A DNA stretch of 64,000 nt, from assembly GCA_963776245.1 (NCBI GenBank), contig CAVZLN010000005.1, positions 1 through 64,000 on the forward strand, read 5' to 3'. The translations under genes and the position numbers were made by a program. Below are positions 61,133 to 64,000 of the stretch, piece after piece. Under the pieces are notes generated by a model. The model did not search any database. It worked only from the letters and a program-made list of their open reading frames with translations, and was not told the DNA's origin. Numbering within the stretch: the stretch's first letter is position 1; every line of letters begins with the position of its first letter. This DNA is from Candidatus Eiseniibacteriota bacterium. GTDB taxonomy: Bacteria; Eisenbacteria; RBG-16-71-46.

Positions 61133-62791
61133 TCAGCGGCGACGAGGCGGGCGAGCGCGACGGGCGCGCTTCGCGAGCGGCCTGCCCCAGCCCCCGCCGC
61201 CCGGGCTCTCCACTGTGAGCACCGCGCCCGCCGGCAGGTCGGCCACGAACTTGCCCGGCACGCGCCGGGCGCGCCCGCCCGCCGGCCCCGAGCGGACGCG
61301 ATCGACCCCGGGCCGGCCCGCGTGCCCGCCCGCCAGCCCGTAGGGTCCGCGCGCGCGGCGCTCGCCCATCACGGTGACCCGGGCGGGCGCCAGCAGTTCG
61401 AGCGCGCGCACGATCCCCTCGCCGCCGCGGAAGCGCCCGCGCCCGCCGCTGCCCCGGCGCAGCGCCAGCGTGCGCACCCGCAGCGGGTACGCGTGCTCGA
61501 GCGCCTCGACCGGGGTGTTGCGCGTGTTGGTCATGTGCGACTGCATCGCGCTCGCGCCGTCCCAGCCGGGGCCGGCGCCATGCCCGCCCCCCAGGGTCTC
61601 GTAGTAGGCGAACGGGCGGCCGGTGCCGGGCGAGGTCCCGCCGATCAGCACGTTGTTCATGGTGCCGGCGCTCGCCGCGGGGACGCGGCCGGGCAGCGCG
61701 CGGGCGAACGCGCCCAGCACCACGTCCACGATGCGCTGCGAGGTCTCGACGTTGCCGGCGCTCACCGCCGCGGGCGGCCGCGCGTTCACCACCGTGCCCG
61801 CCGGCGCGAACACGTCGATGGGGCGGAACGTGCCGTGGTTGACCGGCGCGTCGCCGCCCAGCACGCAGCGCACGGCGTAGTACGCCGCGGCGCAGGTCAC
61901 CGGCTCGACCGTGTTGATGGACGCCGGGCGCTGCGCGGCGCTGCCGGTGAAGTCGAGCCGCGCCCGGGCGCCGTCCAGCGTGAGCGTGACCGCGATGCGC
62001 ACCGGGCCGCCGCCGGCGCCATCGTCGTCGAGCGCGTCCGCGAACCGCCAGCGCCCGCGCGGGAGCGCCGCGAGCGCGGCGCGCGTGGCGCGCTCCGCGT
62101 GAGCCATCAGCGCTGCCGCCGCCGCGCGCAGCGGGTCACGGCCGCTGCGACGCGCGAGATCGGCGAGGCGTCGCGCGCCGGTCTGCTGGGCGCCCATCTG
62201 GGCCGCGAGGTCGGCGCGGCGCTCGTCGGGGGTGCGCACGTTGGCGAGCACCAGCCGCAGCAGGTCGTCGTCCACCCGGCCCGCGCGCACGAGGCGCACG
62301 GGCGGGATGCGCAGGCCCTCCTCGACCACCTCGCGCGCGAGCGGCATGGAGCCCGGAGCGCCCCCGCCGATGTCGGCATGGTGCGCGCGACTGGCGACGA
62401 AGAAGTCCGGGCGCGCGCGCCGCGCACGGTCGGTCCGGTCCAGGAACACCGGCGAGACCAGCGTCACGTCGGGCAGGTGGGTGCCGCCGGCGAACGGATC
62501 GTTGAGCATCATCACGTCGCCGGCCGCCAACGGCGCGTGCCCCATCGCGGCGCGCACCGCGGCGGCCATGCTGCCGAGGTGCACCGGGATGTGCTCGGCC
62601 TGCGCCACCAGCCGTCCCCGGTGGTCGAACACCGCGCACGAATGATCCCGCCGCTCTTTGATGTTGGGCGAGTGCGCGGTGCGCATCAGCGTCGTCCCCA
62701 TCTCCTCGGCGCACGAGCCGAACAGCCCCTGCACCACCGAGAGCGTGACCGGGTCGAGCCGGGGCGCGGCCTGGCCGCCGCGCGGGCTCAC
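61133..62791 (-). CDS. Hydantoinase B / oxoprolinase family subunit
   Basis: 'EEMG...RTA.SPNIKERRD.S', 'HIPVHLGSM', 'NDPF.GGTHLPD', 'HMTNT.NTP.E', 'PGGGGWG'. Confidence 0.92.
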   Translation of the reverse strand: MSPRGGQAAPRLDPVTLSVVQGLFGSCAEEMGTTLMRTAHSPNIKERRDHSCAVFDHRGRLVAQAEHIPVHLGSMAAAVRAAMGHAPLAAGDVMMLNDPFAGGTHLPDVTLVSPVFLDRTDRARRARPDFFVASRAHHADIGGGAPGSMPLAREVVEEGLRIPPVRLVRAGRVDDDLLRLVLANVRTPDERRADLAAQMGAQQTGARRLADLARRSGRDPLRAAAAALMAHAERATRAALAALPRGRWRFADALDDDGAGGGPVRIAVTLTLDGARARLDFTGSAAQRPASINTVEPVTCAAAYYAVRCVLGGDAPVNHGTFRPIDVFAPAGTVVNARPPAAVSAGNVETSQRIVDVVLGAFARALPGRVPAASAGTMNNVLIGGTSPGTGRPFAYYETLGGGHGAGPGWDGASAMQSHMTNTRNTPVEALEHAYPLRVRTLALRRGSGGRGRFRGGEGIVRALELLAPARVTVMGERRARGPYGLAGGHAGRPGVDRVRSGPAGGRARRVPGKFVADLPAGAVLTVESPGGGGWGRPLAKRARRARPPRRR

Positions 62792-64000
62792 GTCCGCCTC
62801 CGCGCGAGCACGAGCGCGCCGTGCGCGCCGGCGCGGGCGCGCCAGCCGGGAGGGAGCCACAGCGTGGCGCCCGCGTCGGCCACGATCGCCGGGCCCGCGA
62901 GCCGCCCGCCCGACGCGATCGACGCGCGCGGCACCACGCGGACGGCGAGCGCCCTCCCGTCGTGCCACACCGTGGCGGGCGTGGACGCCCCACCGCCCGG
63001 GCCGCGGGCCGCGCGCGGTGCGGGCGACCGGGACGCGGGCACCTCGCCGCGCACTTCCGCCGTCACCACCTCGATCGCCGCCTCCGGTGTGGCGAAGCCG
63101 AAGCGGCGCGCGTGCTCGCGATGGAAGCGCCGCTCCAGCCCCGGACCGGCGGCCAGCGGCAGTTCGTGCGACTGGCCGCGGTAGCGCGCCTCGACCCAGC
63201 GCGCGAGCCGGACGCGCCCGCGCTCGCCGCGCTCGAAGTCCGCGCGCACCCCGGCCTCGAGCGCGCGGAAGGTGCGCTCCAACGCCGCGCCTGCGCGCGC
63301 GTCGAGCATCACGGTGCGCCCGCGCTCCCGGCGCGCGGGCGCCGCCAGCGCGCCGAGCGCCGAGAGCACGCCCGCGTGCGCGGGGAACAGCACCCGGGCG
63401 CAACCGAGCGACTCCGCGAGCGCGCACGCGTGCAGTCCGCCGGCCCCTCCGAACGCCACCAGCACCGCGTCCCGCGGGTCGTGCCCGCTCTCGACCGAGA
63501 CCCGCCGCAGCGCCCCCTCCATGTGCGCGTCGGCGAGCGCGACCACCCCGACGGCCGCCGCGCGCGCGTCGCGCAGTCCGAGTGCCCGCGCCAGTTCCGC
63601 GAGCGCGCGCGCGGCGGCGGCGCGGTCGAGCGGGAAGGCGCCGTCGCCGAGGGTGTCGAACGGGATGCGCCCGAGCGTCACCAGCGCGTCGGTCACGGTG
63701 GCGGGCCCGCCCCGTCCATAGCAGGCGGGACCGGGATCGGCGCCGGCGCTCCCCGGGCCCACCCGCAGCAGTCCGTGGTCGGCGCGCGCGATCGAGCCCC
63801 CGCCGGCGCCCACGGTGTGCACGTCGAGCATGGGCAGCAGCACCGGCACCCCCGCGATCTCGCGCGCGCGGCGGCGGGGGAGCGCGCCCTCCACGTACGC
63901 CACGTCGGTCGAAGTGCCGCCGACGTCGAGCGTCAGGGCGCGCGCGAAACCGCCACGGCGGGCCGCGGACCACGCCGCCTCGAGACCCGCGGCGGGCCCG
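62788..64000 (-). CDS. Hydantoinase A / oxoprolinase family subunit (5' end outside the window)
   Basis: 'DVGGTSTDV', 'GAGGGSIA', 'SAGADPGPACYG', 'FGGAG.LH', 'RY.GQS.EL'. Confidence 0.92.
   Translation of the reverse strand, partial: GPAAGLEAAWSAARRGGFARALTLDVGGTSTDVAYVEGALPRRRAREIAGVPVLLPMLDVHTVGAGGGSIARADHGLLRVGPGSAGADPGPACYGRGGPATVTDALVTLGRIPFDTLGDGAFPLDRAAAARALAELARALGLRDARAAAVGVVALADAHMEGALRRVSVESGHDPRDAVLVAFGGAGGLHACALAESLGCARVLFPAHAGVLSALGALAAPARRERGRTVMLDARAGAALERTFRALEAGVRADFERGERGRVRLARWVEARYRGQSHELPLAAGPGLERRFHREHARRFGFATPEAAIEVVTAEVRGEVPASRSPAPRAARGPGGGASTPATVWHDGRALAVRVVPRASIASGGRLAGPAIVADAGATLWLPPGWRARAGAHGALVLARRRT

Noticed and set aside
15300..64000. Many long Arg/Ala/Gly/Pro-rich overlapping ORFs (e.g. 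19716..21122, 21830..23542, 28253..30679, 47235..49328, 57168..59030)
   Set aside because: These are shadow or antisense frames of real genes, caused by stop-codon scarcity at very high GC.

Overview
The window joins two compositionally different segments at about 15,285-15,296. The left part (1-15.3 kb, moderate GC) looks like Chloroflexota (Anaerolineae-like). It carries secreted beta-helix and Kelch proteins, an ApbE/ferric-reductase-like operon with a divergent OmpR-type two-component system, a GT39-type glycosyltransferase, a cyclase-STAND-TPR protein and the 3' end of a GH55-like gene. The right part (15.3-64 kb, very high GC) is a diderm bacterium, possibly Ca. Eisenbacteria/FCB-like; both taxonomic calls are inference. 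It carries an Omp85 plus kinase-fold gene pair, a subtilase-alpha/beta-hydrolase-FRG cluster (candidate protease-activated defence module), four secreted proteins with FlgD-Ig/T9SS-like C-termini (one a 12-blade Kelch protein with hypervariable loops), and an 804-bp inverted-repeat-bounded cassette. It also has an ABC/M1-peptidase transporter, three tRNAs, tadA, iscS-mnmA and other housekeeping genes. Many genes are split by single-base indels, most likely long-read errors. No CRISPR array, rRNA, integrase or transposase was seen.
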